Of a stretch of 64,000 bases of DNA, positions 40,370-51,936 are shown one piece after another. The stretch is taken from the sequence record MZ234052.1; one strand, written 5' to 3'. Origin of the DNA: Escherichia phage vB_EcoM-PM133. Position numbers and translations under genes: made by a program. Positions within the stretch are counted from its first letter, which is position 1. Each line of letters begins with the position of its first letter. The notes under the pieces are model-generated. The model saw nothing but the letters and a program-made list of their open reading frames with translations. It did no database searches and had not been told where the DNA came from.

Positions 40370-41235
40370 TATTGAGCCACCCCGATTTTCTGCGTAGCGA
40401 TAACTTTAACTGCTGCTCTCATGCCAACGGTAGAAGAACTTATAGTCGCCGTTACATAGTTGGTTTTAATACTAAATGCAATATTAGCAATCTCGTCTTC
40501 TTCTGTTTCATTTCCAACTCTCATGACAGCATACTCAGAAGAAATAACTTCTGAATTAACAGTATCCACAAGAATATTTATTTCTGCTGTTTTAATTTTT
40601 CTTCCATCTACTGATTGGCACGTAACTAGCAATTTAGCCATATTGTATTCAGTGCGATGAAATAGTGGAATATCAACTGATCCGGATGTAGAAATATTCC
40701 ATGTACCTTCAGCTGGTGATTCCTTTTGTCCAAACATACTTTCAATAGAATAATTCCAAACCGATGTAGAATTATCAGATGAAATACAGCGTAAAGTTAC
40801 TTTACTATATGGGCTAGTTACTACTAAATTACCTGAAACGCCTTTAATTGAATCAATAGCCTGAATCGTTAAAGGATTAGTAACTGATATTGATCCATTA
40901 GAGTTAATGAATTCAACACAATCGCCAAGTTCTCCTCTTTCAATAATAACTTTAACACCTACAGTAGAGGTATCAATATCATGTCTAGTGCCAACTTTCA
41001 CTGGAGTTGCGTACTCTGTAATAGAGTGTTTTTGATAATACCCAGTAGCATGGATAATTTGACCATCTGCTCCAGTGCCATTTGCTACTGCCATTTTACG
41101 CTGATCGCCAAACGCATTATAAATTGCGTTAAAATCACTATTAATTTTATTACCACCGTCGAATAAGATATCACCAGTAGAAGCGTTACCAATTTCGCCG
41201 GTATCAATCAATTTCTTTGGTTCTTGAATGAACAT
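40369..41235 (-). CDS. 9: long-tail-fibre socket (T4 gp9-like)
   Basis: 288 aa. Confidence 0.85.
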   Translation of the reverse strand: MFIQEPKKLIDTGEIGNASTGDILFDGGNKINSDFNAIYNAFGDQRKMAVANGTGADGQIIHATGYYQKHSITEYATPVKVGTRHDIDTSTVGVKVIIERGELGDCVEFINSNGSISVTNPLTIQAIDSIKGVSGNLVVTSPYSKVTLRCISSDNSTSVWNYSIESMFGQKESPAEGTWNISTSGSVDIPLFHRTEYNMAKLLVTCQSVDGRKIKTAEINILVDTVNSEVISSEYAVMRVGNETEEDEIANIAFSIKTNYVTATISSSTVGMRAAVKVIATQKIGVAQ

Positions 41236-41259
41236 AGCGGTTTCCTTATGAGTTTATAG

Positions 41260-41267
41260 TATTTATA
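41260..41267 (-). promoter_or_regulatory. late promoter motif upstream of gene 9
   Basis: tatttata 25 nt upstream. Confidence 0.5.
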
Positions 41268-41272
41268 AAGAA

Positions 41273-41297
41273 AAAGGGAGCCCATGGGCTCCCTTAA
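41273..41297 (-). terminator. terminator after gene 8 (perfect palindrome AAGGGAGCC CATG GGCTCCCTT)
   Basis: 22-bp palindrome followed on minus strand by T-rich run. Confidence 0.55.
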
Positions 41298-41298
41298 T

Positions 41299-42303
41299 TT
41301 AAAATGTAAACAGAATATTGATTTCTTCTGTCTGATCCATTGCCATGATAATAGGTGGCCTATTTTCCATATAAATCATTTCGCCCGAATGCCTCATTAA
41401 ATCTTCTGGGTCATAATAATCCTTTTCAGCTTTAACGTTTGGGTCATTTGGATGAGCTTTAGCTTCAAGAGGATTCGTGATTATTGATATTTGTCTAAAT
41501 CCTTTATTTCCTGGCAATGCAGCATCAGGAAAATAAACTGAATCTAAATATGCTTTAAAACGGATAGTATTTGCCTTAACCCGGTAAATTAATCCAAAAT
41601 CATCTTGCTGCCAAGTGAGATTATCTTCATACCCCCATCTAGTTGGATCTTCTTTTAATTCCTCAGGCCAAGGAACTACGATATATTCATTTGTGCATCT
41701 ATTTATAGATACATCGGGCGGAATCTCAAAAAGATATTCCCATACATACCCGTCTCCAGGTTCGATTGTTCCTTCCGCATCTCCTCGACCTTCAGGAGGA
41801 GTCATTGACCTAACAGAAGGAGTCCATTTTCCGCCTAATTTAAGGCATTCATCCTTATCAGTTAAAGATGCAATTGAACACATTCCAGTATCAGGAACAT
41901 CTAAACAACGATATACTAACCAGCCTGCGCCTGATTCAGTAGCGTTGTAAGGAGCTGAGTTACACACTACAATATCGTTAATTCTAAATGTGTATGGATC
42001 CGGATATCTAGTATCTCCCCAATCTCGACGAGGAATAACTGCGTCAAGCATTGATGGAAGAACCTTTACTGTTCCCATCATATGCGTCCACATGTCAGTT
42101 ACGCCTAATACAGAATCGGTTGGATAAGGTGGGGCAAAGCCCACCTCATTTTCATTTGATGACCACGGTTCTGATCTTCCAAATGTGATAAAGATAGTGT
42201 TTTTATCCGGACCACTTCCAATTGAATTATAAAAATTCAACATTTTTTCTGTTCTAAATTTTGAAGTAACTATCGCACGATAGATAACACTTGAATCATT
42301 CAT
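41299..42303 (-). CDS. 8: baseplate wedge (T4 gp8-like)
   Basis: 334 aa. Confidence 0.85.
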   Translation of the reverse strand: MNDSSVIYRAIVTSKFRTEKMLNFYNSIGSGPDKNTIFITFGRSEPWSSNENEVGFAPPYPTDSVLGVTDMWTHMMGTVKVLPSMLDAVIPRRDWGDTRYPDPYTFRINDIVVCNSAPYNATESGAGWLVYRCLDVPDTGMCSIASLTDKDECLKLGGKWTPSVRSMTPPEGRGDAEGTIEPGDGYVWEYLFEIPPDVSINRCTNEYIVVPWPEELKEDPTRWGYEDNLTWQQDDFGLIYRVKANTIRFKAYLDSVYFPDAALPGNKGFRQISIITNPLEAKAHPNDPNVKAEKDYYDPEDLMRHSGEMIYMENRPPIIMAMDQTEEINILFTF

Positions 42304-45300
42304 CTATTTTAACCTGTGTTGGATTTTCAGGGTCTCTTGGATTTCCTATATTATCTTTTAGACGTTTATTAACTAAATCCCTAAACTGTGCAAATGTTGT
42401 TCCAGATGCGTCAAATAGAGGACTCATTAACTTGCGTCGTTCAGAAGGCAATTGACCTTGAAATATTGAATTATTATTTTCAGCATTATAGTCATCAGGA
42501 AGAGGATATTTTACACCAGCCATTGGGCCAGGTTCATAAATTGCTTCTCCTGTTACTGAATCATGTTCAATTTCGCCAGTTGGAGTTAATTTAGCTACTC
42601 TATCAGCATATTCAGTAGGCAATCCAGAATCCCATTTGTAGTTTTTATATTTATTAATTATTGTCTCTGTGTGTTTAAGAGTTAAACCGACATTAATAAA
42701 CATAGTTAAAAGCGTGATTGCTATAAATCCAAATCCTACTGGATGAACAAAACGAATAACGTCAGATTTCCAACGAGAAGAAGGTAAATTGGATTTAATT
42801 TTCATTACATAATATGATCGACTTCTATTAATATAGTCTATATTATTTTGAAGCAAATCCTTTCCTTTAACCCCACGAATAATTTCGCCTTCAAAACTAG
42901 GAAGTCTTTCTGCTTTAACTTCTTGCCCTGCTATTAAACGCCCCAAAAGATTATGTATAGTCACGGTCCATTGCAATTTACCATTAGAATAACTTCTTTC
43001 TATATAAGTAACATTACATCTTCCTGTAGCTGTATAAATCGTTTGTCCTACTAAATCCTCAGTCAAAGAATCAGATTGAACGATTATATCATATTCAGTA
43101 CCAGCTCCAGATTCAATTTCAATTTCAACTTCTTCATTATAAAGAACTTTAAAAAGAAATTTGTATGATGCTTCAATTCCTTTAGTAGAATAAAAATCAT
43201 AACTACGTGATTCAAAAAATCTTGCAACAGCATCACGTTTGTCAGCATTTAAATAAATGTTTCTTTTATATATCTCTGACCACAAATATTCCCACGCATG
43301 CTCTTCTCGTGGATACTGATTACGAATTAAATTTCGTAAATTATTATACTGAGTTCCGTATCCGTCAGAAAGATATTGAATATATGCTTCACAAAATGCC
43401 TCAAAATTCGAATCCTGCAACAAATAAGAATCAGGCATCATTGTGCCAATTAATGGTCTTAAATCAGGGTCAGCTAATCCATGCTCTTCTTCTGGCGACC
43501 AAGGAGTCTCATGCTCTTGGTTTTGTAAAAATGCTTTTAAAAATACTCCAGTCGGCTTCCAAATAATTTCTACTGTATCTCTCACACGATAGTTAAAATC
43601 ATAATAAGAAATTATTTCACCAGAAGATTTATAAAAAAGCATCCCAGACGCATATTTTTTAAATCCCGTGAATTTAACATTTGGCATTACTATCGTACAA
43701 TCACCATCATCCCAGTATTCATGAACTAATCTATCTGGTGATGTTTCCGGAATATTTTCTATAACTTTAGTGTATTTTAAATCAGCATAAACTACTACAG
43801 CTCTATTAGAGTTGTTTATCCAACAGCGTGTGTTAGATTTTTTAGACCAATTAAAGAACGGTTCTGCGTAGTATTTCATTGGCTGAGGCGTAAAAGTTTC
43901 CCAATCAGACTTTTCATCTGCTATAAATGCCATCATATGATAATGCTTATCAGCTAACCATTCACGAGGAAATTCATATTTAACGGCACCGATTAACTGA
44001 TATTTTGCTACAGTTTCAGGGTCATTAACAACGTTATCATTTAAAAATTTAAAATTACTCGAAGATAGAGAAACTAATTTACCATCAGTTGACATATTCG
44101 CATACCCAGGTTGAATACGTCTTCTTTCTTCTTCAGTGTTGCCAAAAACTCTTTTCCACGTTTTTGTGTCATGATTTAAAACATATATTCCTTTATCAGT
44201 AGAATCAATTATTTTTGACGTTCTAGGATTAGCATTTAATGTTTCAACTTCACCGATAATAAGAGCAAAAACTTTATCACCAATAGAATCCATTTTATAG
44301 CATACTGCTTTAGGATTTCCAGTTATAGTCATTGTATCAGATTCAAATAGCCTTTCCGAATATGTTGGAGATAATGGATCAGAATCTATAGGTGCATTGC
44401 TCGTTTTTATATATCTAACTTTATCTCTGGCAACAACATAGATATAATCATCCGTACAAGTAATGGCTTCAGCTATACGATATACATTCGCTGGTAAAGT
44501 CGCATAAGTGGCAAAAATTTCTACATCAAATCCTAGATGTAATTGGTAGCCAAGTTTAGCGAATGTTATATCCTGTGAACTAAATCTGACATCATCAGCT
44601 GACCATCTAACATCAGTTGATTTACGGCCATAGAAGATCTTGTCGTATCCTAGAACGTATGTTGTGTTCGCAGATTGGTAATATACTGTCTTAGATAAAG
44701 GATATCCTACACGGTCATTGAAGAGCTTCACAGCTTTCCAGGTTTGTCCTTTATCATTAGATACTTTAACTACGGGTTGATAGCGCTCAAAAAGATATAG
44801 AATCCCTTCTGATTCCATCAAATAAACTCGGTTAATATCCTTACATACTTGCTGAATGGAACCTTGTATTTCATGATACTCATTTTCACCAATAATAAAA
44901 TTACTTATTGATGAAACATCAACATACGATGGGCTGAATTGAAATGATTCATTCATCAATGCAGCCATTATAGTGTCATTGTTAAAATTAACATAATCAG
45001 AATTATTAAGAGTAAATTTTTCCTGAATGAATTTATTGGCTAATTGCATTTCAATCATGTTTTGAAATGTATAAGCATTTGTAGCAAAAGTTTCAAACTC
45101 TTCGGTATAAATCCAATCAGACTGCTCAAAATCTTGCGCAGCTGTAGCTACTCTGATAATGTATGATGTCAATGGGTCAGCATCATCAAAAAAGAAGCTG
45201 TTATTTGCAGTATATCCTAAGTTAATCCATCTGTATTGATTACTCGGGAGATTTTCCCCCGAGTTCGTTTTTGTCTCAGCGATTTCTACAAAATAGTAGA

Positions 45301-45394
45301 AATTAGCACCAACGTCATCCCAGCGTACTTGCACCTGATTTGCGGATAACTTGGAAATTCTGAGACTAGTGACTGAAGGTGCTTTTACTGTCAT
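42296..45394 (-). CDS. 7: baseplate wedge initiator (T4 gp7-like)
   Basis: 1032 aa. Confidence 0.9.
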   Translation of the reverse strand: MTVKAPSVTSLRISKLSANQVQVRWDDVGANFYYFVEIAETKTNSGENLPSNQYRWINLGYTANNSFFFDDADPLTSYIIRVATAAQDFEQSDWIYTEEFETFATNAYTFQNMIEMQLANKFIQEKFTLNNSDYVNFNNDTIMAALMNESFQFSPSYVDVSSISNFIIGENEYHEIQGSIQQVCKDINRVYLMESEGILYLFERYQPVVKVSNDKGQTWKAVKLFNDRVGYPLSKTVYYQSANTTYVLGYDKIFYGRKSTDVRWSADDVRFSSQDITFAKLGYQLHLGFDVEIFATYATLPANVYRIAEAITCTDDYIYVVARDKVRYIKTSNAPIDSDPLSPTYSERLFESDTMTITGNPKAVCYKMDSIGDKVFALIIGEVETLNANPRTSKIIDSTDKGIYVLNHDTKTWKRVFGNTEEERRRIQPGYANMSTDGKLVSLSSSNFKFLNDNVVNDPETVAKYQLIGAVKYEFPREWLADKHYHMMAFIADEKSDWETFTPQPMKYYAEPFFNWSKKSNTRCWINNSNRAVVVYADLKYTKVIENIPETSPDRLVHEYWDDGDCTIVMPNVKFTGFKKYASGMLFYKSSGEIISYYDFNYRVRDTVEIIWKPTGVFLKAFLQNQEHETPWSPEEEHGLADPDLRPLIGTMMPDSYLLQDSNFEAFCEAYIQYLSDGYGTQYNNLRNLIRNQYPREEHAWEYLWSEIYKRNIYLNADKRDAVARFFESRSYDFYSTKGIEASYKFLFKVLYNEEVEIEIESGAGTEYDIIVQSDSLTEDLVGQTIYTATGRCNVTYIERSYSNGKLQWTVTIHNLLGRLIAGQEVKAERLPSFEGEIIRGVKGKDLLQNNIDYINRSRSYYVMKIKSNLPSSRWKSDVIRFVHPVGFGFIAITLLTMFINVGLTLKHTETIINKYKNYKWDSGLPTEYADRVAKLTPTGEIEHDSVTGEAIYEPGPMAGVKYPLPDDYNAENNNSIFQGQLPSERRKLMSPLFDASGTTFAQFRDLVNKRLKDNIGNPRDPENPTQVKIDE

Positions 45395-47373
45395 TGTGAT
45401 ATAGGCTCCAAATCGATAGTTAAGTATTGCGGACGTAAATCATTTTCAAATACAATCAGTGAACCATCACGGGTAAAGATAACATCATCGGTTGGGTCAG
45501 AATATAATTCAATAGTCTGAACCTCAAATTTTTCAGATGTTAAATTAATTTTAGCGATATTCCAATAAATCATGTCAGCCGGATAATTTATTTCACCGAT
45601 AACATAGTATTTGTCGCGTCCATCAGAATTTGCTAATTTATTAAAATCATTGCCTGTATATGGCTGAATGTTTTCATTTTCTGTAACATCGCCAGAAGCA
45701 AATGGACCAATAATAACTTTACCAATTCCTTTAGAATCTCGGTCTGTTGATACTATGCGAACGTCATATAATACATCTTCTTCTAAACCAGTATCAGGAT
45801 TTACAACCTTTCGTCCAGAATTAAATGAAAACGTATTAGATTCCATAGAACGATCTTTTATTTGATTATTGTATTTAATACCTGCTTCAGGCGTTTTATA
45901 GAAGTTTTGTACTTCACGAACCATTTGAATAGTCGCTGATGAACCAATGACAGAATGATCTGCATCATCTACATAAGTTAACATCTTAGATTTAGCGAAA
46001 GACGAGTTAAAAATTTCTACATCTTCGGTATAATAGCGATCAATTTTATCAATTATTTGACCTTCAAGCCACTGCTCGGATTCTTGTAGTTTATTTAAAG
46101 CATATGTGACTTTTAAATTAGTCTTAATAAAAAGATAATTAGGAGAAATAATTGATGGCGTAATAGGAGCTAAATTATAGTCTTTGAGATAATTTTTAAT
46201 ATCTTCACGCTGTACAGTAGTTAAATACAGACCTGATTTAGGTTTAGCAGCAATAAATGCATACCCAGGTTTAGTAGAATCAGTGAAAGTCTGAACTGCC
46301 TGAATAATAGAACCAAATCTCTCTGAAACGAATGTATCATAGTCAGTCGCAGTTACGCAGCGTTGCTGGGTTTCGCGTTTAATAGTACCCAATTCGCGGA
46401 TACGCTCAATATCTTCTGGATCACCGCCGCCATCTGCCCCAACAAAATCTGGGTCATCGTTTGGATTTTCATTAATATTGATGACAGTTATATTTGTTAA
46501 TGTATCTGCGTATGAAAATCCGACTGCTCCGTTCGCGTCAGCACCATTAGTACTGATGTACTCAATAACAATCGTAGAGTTCTGAGTAGGTTTAAGACCT
46601 CCGATATAATTAGCGGTCAAAGCTCCTTCAGAAGCATTAACAGAAATTTCACCTTCACCAAAATAGAATTCAGTATTTCCATCAATAGTTTCACGCATGT
46701 AGTAAATTGTCGATGTAGAACCAGCATGAACCATTGACTTTCTTGTCCAGTTAATCCATTCTGCTCCATCAACGTATAATTTAACCTGGTTTCTATCAAT
46801 ATTTTTATCATAAATGATAATAGGTGTTAATTTATCATAAATGATTTCAGTTCTTACTATACGTCCCTGGGCCAATTTTAAACGCGGAAAATATTGGTTA
46901 TTTTTATCACGAATAGCAATAACGTCTTCGGTAGAAACGAAGTTATATGGATTAACAGAAGTATCTTTTGCATATGCTAAAAAGCGAGTTCCGCGAGGAA
47001 TAGTAATGTAATTCCTATTCAATGCGTCGGTGCATGTTAACATAATTTCGGTCTGCGCAGCGGATTTTGAAGTAGGTAAATATCCGTTATCTTGTGCAGC
47101 TTGAACAACTGAACTTCGTAAGTTAGCAGTACGCATAAAGCTTTCATACACAGCAGCATTACCAAACTGTTGAATGTACAATGTATTATAAGCTAAAAGG
47201 TCACACAGAACGTTTAATCTTGAGCCTTCAAAATCATAATCCAAAAATTCATTTTGGCCATTAAGCCATTCAATGAGGTTTTGTTTTATTTCAGCAAACG
47301 TACCCCCGACGAATATCTCGGGAATAGCATTTGCTGTTCTTGTTAATTGATAATTTACAGGGGTATTTGCCAT
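45391..47373 (-). CDS. 6: baseplate wedge (T4 gp6-like)
   Basis: 660 aa. Confidence 0.9.
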   Translation of the reverse strand: MANTPVNYQLTRTANAIPEIFVGGTFAEIKQNLIEWLNGQNEFLDYDFEGSRLNVLCDLLAYNTLYIQQFGNAAVYESFMRTANLRSSVVQAAQDNGYLPTSKSAAQTEIMLTCTDALNRNYITIPRGTRFLAYAKDTSVNPYNFVSTEDVIAIRDKNNQYFPRLKLAQGRIVRTEIIYDKLTPIIIYDKNIDRNQVKLYVDGAEWINWTRKSMVHAGSTSTIYYMRETIDGNTEFYFGEGEISVNASEGALTANYIGGLKPTQNSTIVIEYISTNGADANGAVGFSYADTLTNITVININENPNDDPDFVGADGGGDPEDIERIRELGTIKRETQQRCVTATDYDTFVSERFGSIIQAVQTFTDSTKPGYAFIAAKPKSGLYLTTVQREDIKNYLKDYNLAPITPSIISPNYLFIKTNLKVTYALNKLQESEQWLEGQIIDKIDRYYTEDVEIFNSSFAKSKMLTYVDDADHSVIGSSATIQMVREVQNFYKTPEAGIKYNNQIKDRSMESNTFSFNSGRKVVNPDTGLEEDVLYDVRIVSTDRDSKGIGKVIIGPFASGDVTENENIQPYTGNDFNKLANSDGRDKYYVIGEINYPADMIYWNIAKINLTSEKFEVQTIELYSDPTDDVIFTRDGSLIVFENDLRPQYLTIDLEPISQ

Positions 47374-47381
47374 TTTAAATC

Positions 47382-47675
47382 CTATTTAATGAATACTTTA
47401 GATGATGCCTGAGCCACAGTATCACCGCATGATATTGGATCAGCCATTTGAACAGCTTTCTTTCCAGTGACATATACCTTAGAAGTTCTGGGTTGTGTCA
47501 CTCCGCCATGTGTTTCATATGGCTTTTTAATTTCTGTATGTTCTGTAATTGGATCACCTGCTACGAGAACAGCAATTCCTCCAGTGAATACTTTACTTTG
47601 TGTAGCATTCACAACTGTTGGAGGCCACGCTTCATGACCAGCAGTAACACATTTATCATAACTTAATCCTGACAT
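47382..47675 (-). CDS. 5.4: PAAR-repeat spike tip (T4 gp5.4-like)
   Basis: 97 aa, Gly/Val-rich. Confidence 0.8.
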
Positions 47676-48230
47676 CTATGACCTCTCATACACATAGCTT
47701 CTTAATTTATTAGCCCAACGACTCCAATTTCCAACTATAGTTTTAGTATAATTTTTAACGAGAGTTTTTCTTACTGGAGCAGGAGGATCTGTCGGTTCAG
47801 TAGTATCAGAAGATGACCTAGAATTACTGCCAGAACCTCCAGATTCACTTTGTTCTTGGTAGTCATATATTAATGTTACTTCGTAAGTGAATGTCTTCTG
47901 GAGGTTTTGAGGAGCTTTCCATAAATACAACTGAGTATCAGAATCAGTAGGAAGTTCTTCCCATGAAGCAGCAGTTTTAAATTCATCGCCTAAACGATAT
48001 TTCAACGCGTCATTTCCAAATCCAAACACAGATTCATATGTTCCGTATAAGCGATTTTCTTCTACTAAAACCCCAGGAGTTTCTTCGTAACTAGTTATAT
48101 TTATAGATACTAACGTTTCACCTGTTTCTAATTGAGCGGTAAAGGTGACGTCGATAGAAGAACCTTCCATGGATTCTCCTAAATCAGCGCTCATTGGAAG
48201 TATATTAGCCAATGTCAATCCTCGATCCAT
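47676..48230 (-). CDS. hypothetical protein (gene 5.1 position)
   Basis: about 184 aa from first ATG; ORF-track start is TTG. Confidence 0.6.
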
Positions 48231-49932
48231 CAATTGTGTATTGACCAGATGAAATAGAACTCATAGATGCCATTTTTTCTGTCCAATCACCACCAACGTC
48301 CCAATCAACTGTCCCAGCAACTTTCCAAGAAAGATTTCCATTTACTGTGTTAGTTTGATTTCCTTCAACTAAAGTGGTAGCATCTCCTTTAACTGTAATG
48401 TCAGCATTACCTTCAACTACAATAGTAACATTACCTTTAACTAGGATAGTTCCATTGCCTTCAACTGTCTTAGTTTCATCGCCACGTACAAATATTGTAT
48501 TGCTTCCATCTATTTGGTGAAGACGATTATCCATGTTGTAATAAATTTCTGATCCACCGACGTTAGTCTTTTTATCACCGGCTACCAAAAAATTACCATC
48601 AGCGTTGGTTATATCATACAAATTATCGACAGTTTTTCTTGTTCTTCTTCCTGACGGTGATACTTCTTCATAAGTTCCAGTCGGATGAACTAATCTGTAT
48701 CGTTCTTGCCCAGGAGTATCATCAAATTCCTGAATATGTCCGCTTTCAGTTTCCATTGTATGCACATAAGGATATTCACCTTTATATGAAGAAACTGGTT
48801 CTTTGAATAAAATTCTCGAGTCATTTGGAATAGGAGGGTCAGCCGGGTCAGAAGATTTAGCTACAGTAGCAGCCATTGCTGATAGAGACCTAGCTGGGGT
48901 TTTCACTTCAACACCATATGATTCCAAATTCCCCGTAAGAATAATCATGGTAACACGGGATGCACGGCCTTTTGTTTGTTGATACCACAATGAATCACGA
49001 CCGGCTTTATATGCTTTTTCCCAATCTCCGGCTAACATAGCAGTTAACATTGTGTTAAATTTAGCTACACCGCCAACACCCATTTGAAATGCCATATTTT
49101 CTAACGCCATTTGACGAGAACGGTTGACAGCTTGCCAGACTGGTCCTACTTTAGAATGTGATTTAATGTCCCGTTGCATATCAGCCAAATCACGTTCAAA
49201 TAAAGTCGTCGCCTCTTCCATCGTAATAGAACCTGGGTTTCCAGTAATTTCACGACCAACTTGTTTTGATAAAACTTTATTAATTTGAGCCATATCACGA
49301 ACTGGCTGCTTCATGATAAGATGACCAATACCAATTGTCGGATATCCTTCAGTATCCCAATAAACTTTTAGTCTTAATCCTTCATCACGGCGAAGCATGT
49401 CAGCCATTGACATATTTGGATTATCATCGGTTGGAATCTCTGATAGTGGTCTATCATCGGGATTTATTGCAGTGTCTAAGTTACTATCTTGGATAATGTT
49501 AGAAGACGAATCATATCCTACTTCTCCGCCTTGGTTTAATACATTAGTATCATTTCCTAAACGTCTAGGATATTGCCCAGTTGGGTCAGAAAATCCTTCA
49601 AGTCTATTCGGTTTTTCGCGAACTATTCCACCATACGTGCCAAGGACAATTCCGTTAGTTTTCCATTTGTCTAAAAAATGACCATAAACTCTAGTTCCTT
49701 CTACCGGTCCAGTAACAGAACCTCCAATTCCAGACATTGCTGCAGAAGTTATAGGTTGAATAACTGACATCCATGGTAATTTTTCAGTTGGAATACCCAT
49801 TACATCGCCTTGTGCTCTTTGAGGTGGATGCAGACCAACCACACGAACACGAACACGACCTAATTTTAATGGGTCCATTCTATCTTCAACAACACCAACA
49901 AACCAATTAAGGTTATTACTTATCATTTCCAT
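48205..49932 (-). CDS. 5: baseplate central spike with lysozyme domain (T4 gp5-like)
   Basis: 575 aa; lysozyme segment RRDEGLRLKVYWDTEGYPTIGIGHLI resembles the e lysozyme N-terminus; C-terminal beta-helix repeats (VEGN..V.G). Confidence 0.93.
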   Translation of the reverse strand: MEMISNNLNWFVGVVEDRMDPLKLGRVRVRVVGLHPPQRAQGDVMGIPTEKLPWMSVIQPITSAAMSGIGGSVTGPVEGTRVYGHFLDKWKTNGIVLGTYGGIVREKPNRLEGFSDPTGQYPRRLGNDTNVLNQGGEVGYDSSSNIIQDSNLDTAINPDDRPLSEIPTDDNPNMSMADMLRRDEGLRLKVYWDTEGYPTIGIGHLIMKQPVRDMAQINKVLSKQVGREITGNPGSITMEEATTLFERDLADMQRDIKSHSKVGPVWQAVNRSRQMALENMAFQMGVGGVAKFNTMLTAMLAGDWEKAYKAGRDSLWYQQTKGRASRVTMIILTGNLESYGVEVKTPARSLSAMAATVAKSSDPADPPIPNDSRILFKEPVSSYKGEYPYVHTMETESGHIQEFDDTPGQERYRLVHPTGTYEEVSPSGRRTRKTVDNLYDITNADGNFLVAGDKKTNVGGSEIYYNMDNRLHQIDGSNTIFVRGDETKTVEGNGTILVKGNVTIVVEGNADITVKGDATTLVEGNQTNTVNGNLSWKVAGTVDWDVGGDWTEKMASMSSISSGQYTIDGSRIDIG

Positions 49933-50506
49933 AAGATTTCTCCATTATACGTATAAGGTCGTTCATAAATGAATTAATGTCTGATTTTGCTATTATTTTT
50001 ATTTGACGAAGTTTTTCATTTTCAAGAACAGCATCTTCATACGTATTAACAGCAGCAAGTGCTCCTTCATATTGAGGATATTTTCTAGCTTTATCACCTT
50101 TATCATACCAAACATATGGATTATCATCGTATGATATTAAATTATAAAATTTTTCACCGTTCTCATTCACATGATATACTATTTGGTCTCCACCTACATT
50201 TTTGTATTTTTGTATAGATGCTTGATAAGCTGCTTCTTGTGAAGTAATCCATCCATAATACGGGTCATAATTATCATTACACATCAATAAAACCCAATAC
50301 AACTGTGGATTTCCATATATAGTATTTGCTAATTCTTCCGGGCGTGGTGAACCTTTGATATAATAAGTACGTAAGCGGTATCCCGCAAGAGCGCGTTTAA
50401 AATAGTCTTTATAGTTTCTAAAAATATCTGTCATAGGAATAGTCGGCGCGTTTTTATTCACCGTTTTGGCCGCATATTCAATCGGATCAAAAAATGTAAA
50501 GAGCAT
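49916..50506 (-). CDS. 53: baseplate wedge (T4 gp53-like)
   Basis: 196 aa. Confidence 0.8.
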   Translation of the reverse strand: MLFTFFDPIEYAAKTVNKNAPTIPMTDIFRNYKDYFKRALAGYRLRTYYIKGSPRPEELANTIYGNPQLYWVLLMCNDNYDPYYGWITSQEAAYQASIQKYKNVGGDQIVYHVNENGEKFYNLISYDDNPYVWYDKGDKARKYPQYEGALAAVNTYEDAVLENEKLRQIKIIAKSDINSFMNDLIRIMEKSYGNDK

Positions 50507-50519
50507 GGGCCCTCCTGTT

Positions 50520-50542
50520 TATAAATATATTATCTATTTATA
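50520..50542. promoter_or_regulatory. divergent late promoter motifs for gene 4 (plus, TATAAATA) and gene 53 (minus)
   Basis: tataaata at 50520-50527 and tatttata at 50535-50542. Confidence 0.5.
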
Positions 50543-50553
50543 AGGAGAATCCA

Positions 50554-51006
50554 ATGGCATATTCTGGAAAATGGGTTCCTAAAAATATATCAAAGTATAG
50601 AGGTGACCCTAAAAAAATTACGTATAGATCAAATTGGGAAAAATTCTTTTTTGAATGGTTAGATAAAAATCCAGAAATTATTGCATGGGGTAGTGAAACA
50701 GCAGTAATTCCTTATTTTTGTAATGCAGAAGGGAAAAAACGTAGATACTTCATGGATATTTGGATGAAAGATTCTTCTGGACAAGAATTTTTTATTGAAA
50801 TAAAACCTAAAAAAGAAACACAACCACCAGTTAAACCAGCACATCTAACAACCGCAGCGAAGAAAAGATTTATGAATGAAATTTATACATATTCTGTTAA
50901 TACCGACAAATGGAAAGCAGCGCAAGCTTTAGCTGAAAAGCGTGGAATAAAATTTAGAATTCTGACAGAAGATGGATTACGAGCTCTTGGCTTTAAGGGG
51001 GCATAA
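50554..51006 (+). CDS. 4: head completion protein (T4 gp4-like)
   Basis: 150 aa, SD AGGAG. Confidence 0.8.
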   Translation: MAYSGKWVPKNISKYRGDPKKITYRSNWEKFFFEWLDKNPEIIAWGSETAVIPYFCNAEGKKRRYFMDIWMKDSSGQEFFIEIKPKKETQPPVKPAHLTTAAKKRFMNEIYTYSVNTDKWKAAQALAEKRGIKFRILTEDGLRALGFKGA

Positions 51007-51830
51007 TGGCTATTTTTCAAATAATTAATGAAAGCACTCCCCAAGTTCCAAAGGTTAAGCAATCATTAAACGAAAAGAAATGGATTCAGATAGGTCTTGA
51101 ATATAAAAAGGCCAAAGCAAAAGGAATGACAGGAAAGCAATTTGCTGAAGAAAGAGGAATCAAATACTCTACGTTTACTTCAGCAATGTCAAAATATGCT
51201 TCAGGAATTAAAACGGCTGAAAAGATTCAAAAGCTTGAATCAAAACCAATGAATAAACTCAATAAGCAAGAAAGACAACTGCTTATGATAAATTCATTCA
51301 GACAAACATTGCGCGATAAAATTCGTAATGAAGGCGCAGCAATTAATAATAAAACCAGAAAGTGGTTTGCTGAAACTATTAAGCAAGTAAAAGGACATAA
51401 AGTTGTTCGCCCGCAGCCGGGACGAATATATGCTTTTGCTTATGATGCTAAACACAAGGAAACTCTTCCTTACTGGGATAAATTTCCTTTGATAATTTAC
51501 CTTGGTTTAGGTAAGCATAATTTAATGTACGGATTGAACTTGCACTATATTCCACCTAAAGCTCGTCAGCAATTCCTAGAAGAGCTTTTAAAGCAATATG
51601 CAAATACACCTACTATTACTAATAAAACGAAATTAAAAATTGATTGGAGTCAAGTGAAAGGATTTAGGGGTGCAGACCAAATGATTAAGGCATATATACC
51701 TGGTAATGTTATGGGTAGCCTTGTTGAAATCGCCCCGAAAGACTGGGCGAACGTTGTATTAATGCCACTTCAGCAGTTCGTTTCAAAAGGAAAACGTTTC
51801 TCTGCAAACAAAGTCTGGTCAAATATCTAA
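51006..51830 (+). CDS. 2: DNA end protector (T4 gp2-like)
   Basis: 274 aa, TAATG overlap. Confidence 0.8.
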   Translation: MAIFQIINESTPQVPKVKQSLNEKKWIQIGLEYKKAKAKGMTGKQFAEERGIKYSTFTSAMSKYASGIKTAEKIQKLESKPMNKLNKQERQLLMINSFRQTLRDKIRNEGAAINNKTRKWFAETIKQVKGHKVVRPQPGRIYAFAYDAKHKETLPYWDKFPLIIYLGLGKHNLMYGLNLHYIPPKARQQFLEELLKQYANTPTITNKTKLKIDWSQVKGFRGADQMIKAYIPGNVMGSLVEIAPKDWANVVLMPLQQFVSKGKRFSANKVWSNI

Positions 51831-51936
51831 TTCTATTATCTTCCATTCTTTTCTGTTGTTTGTTCTAAATGGAATTGAATGGAAGGGACTTAGACCCATT
51901 ATACCACCAACAGTTATAAAGCATTATGAGGAATAT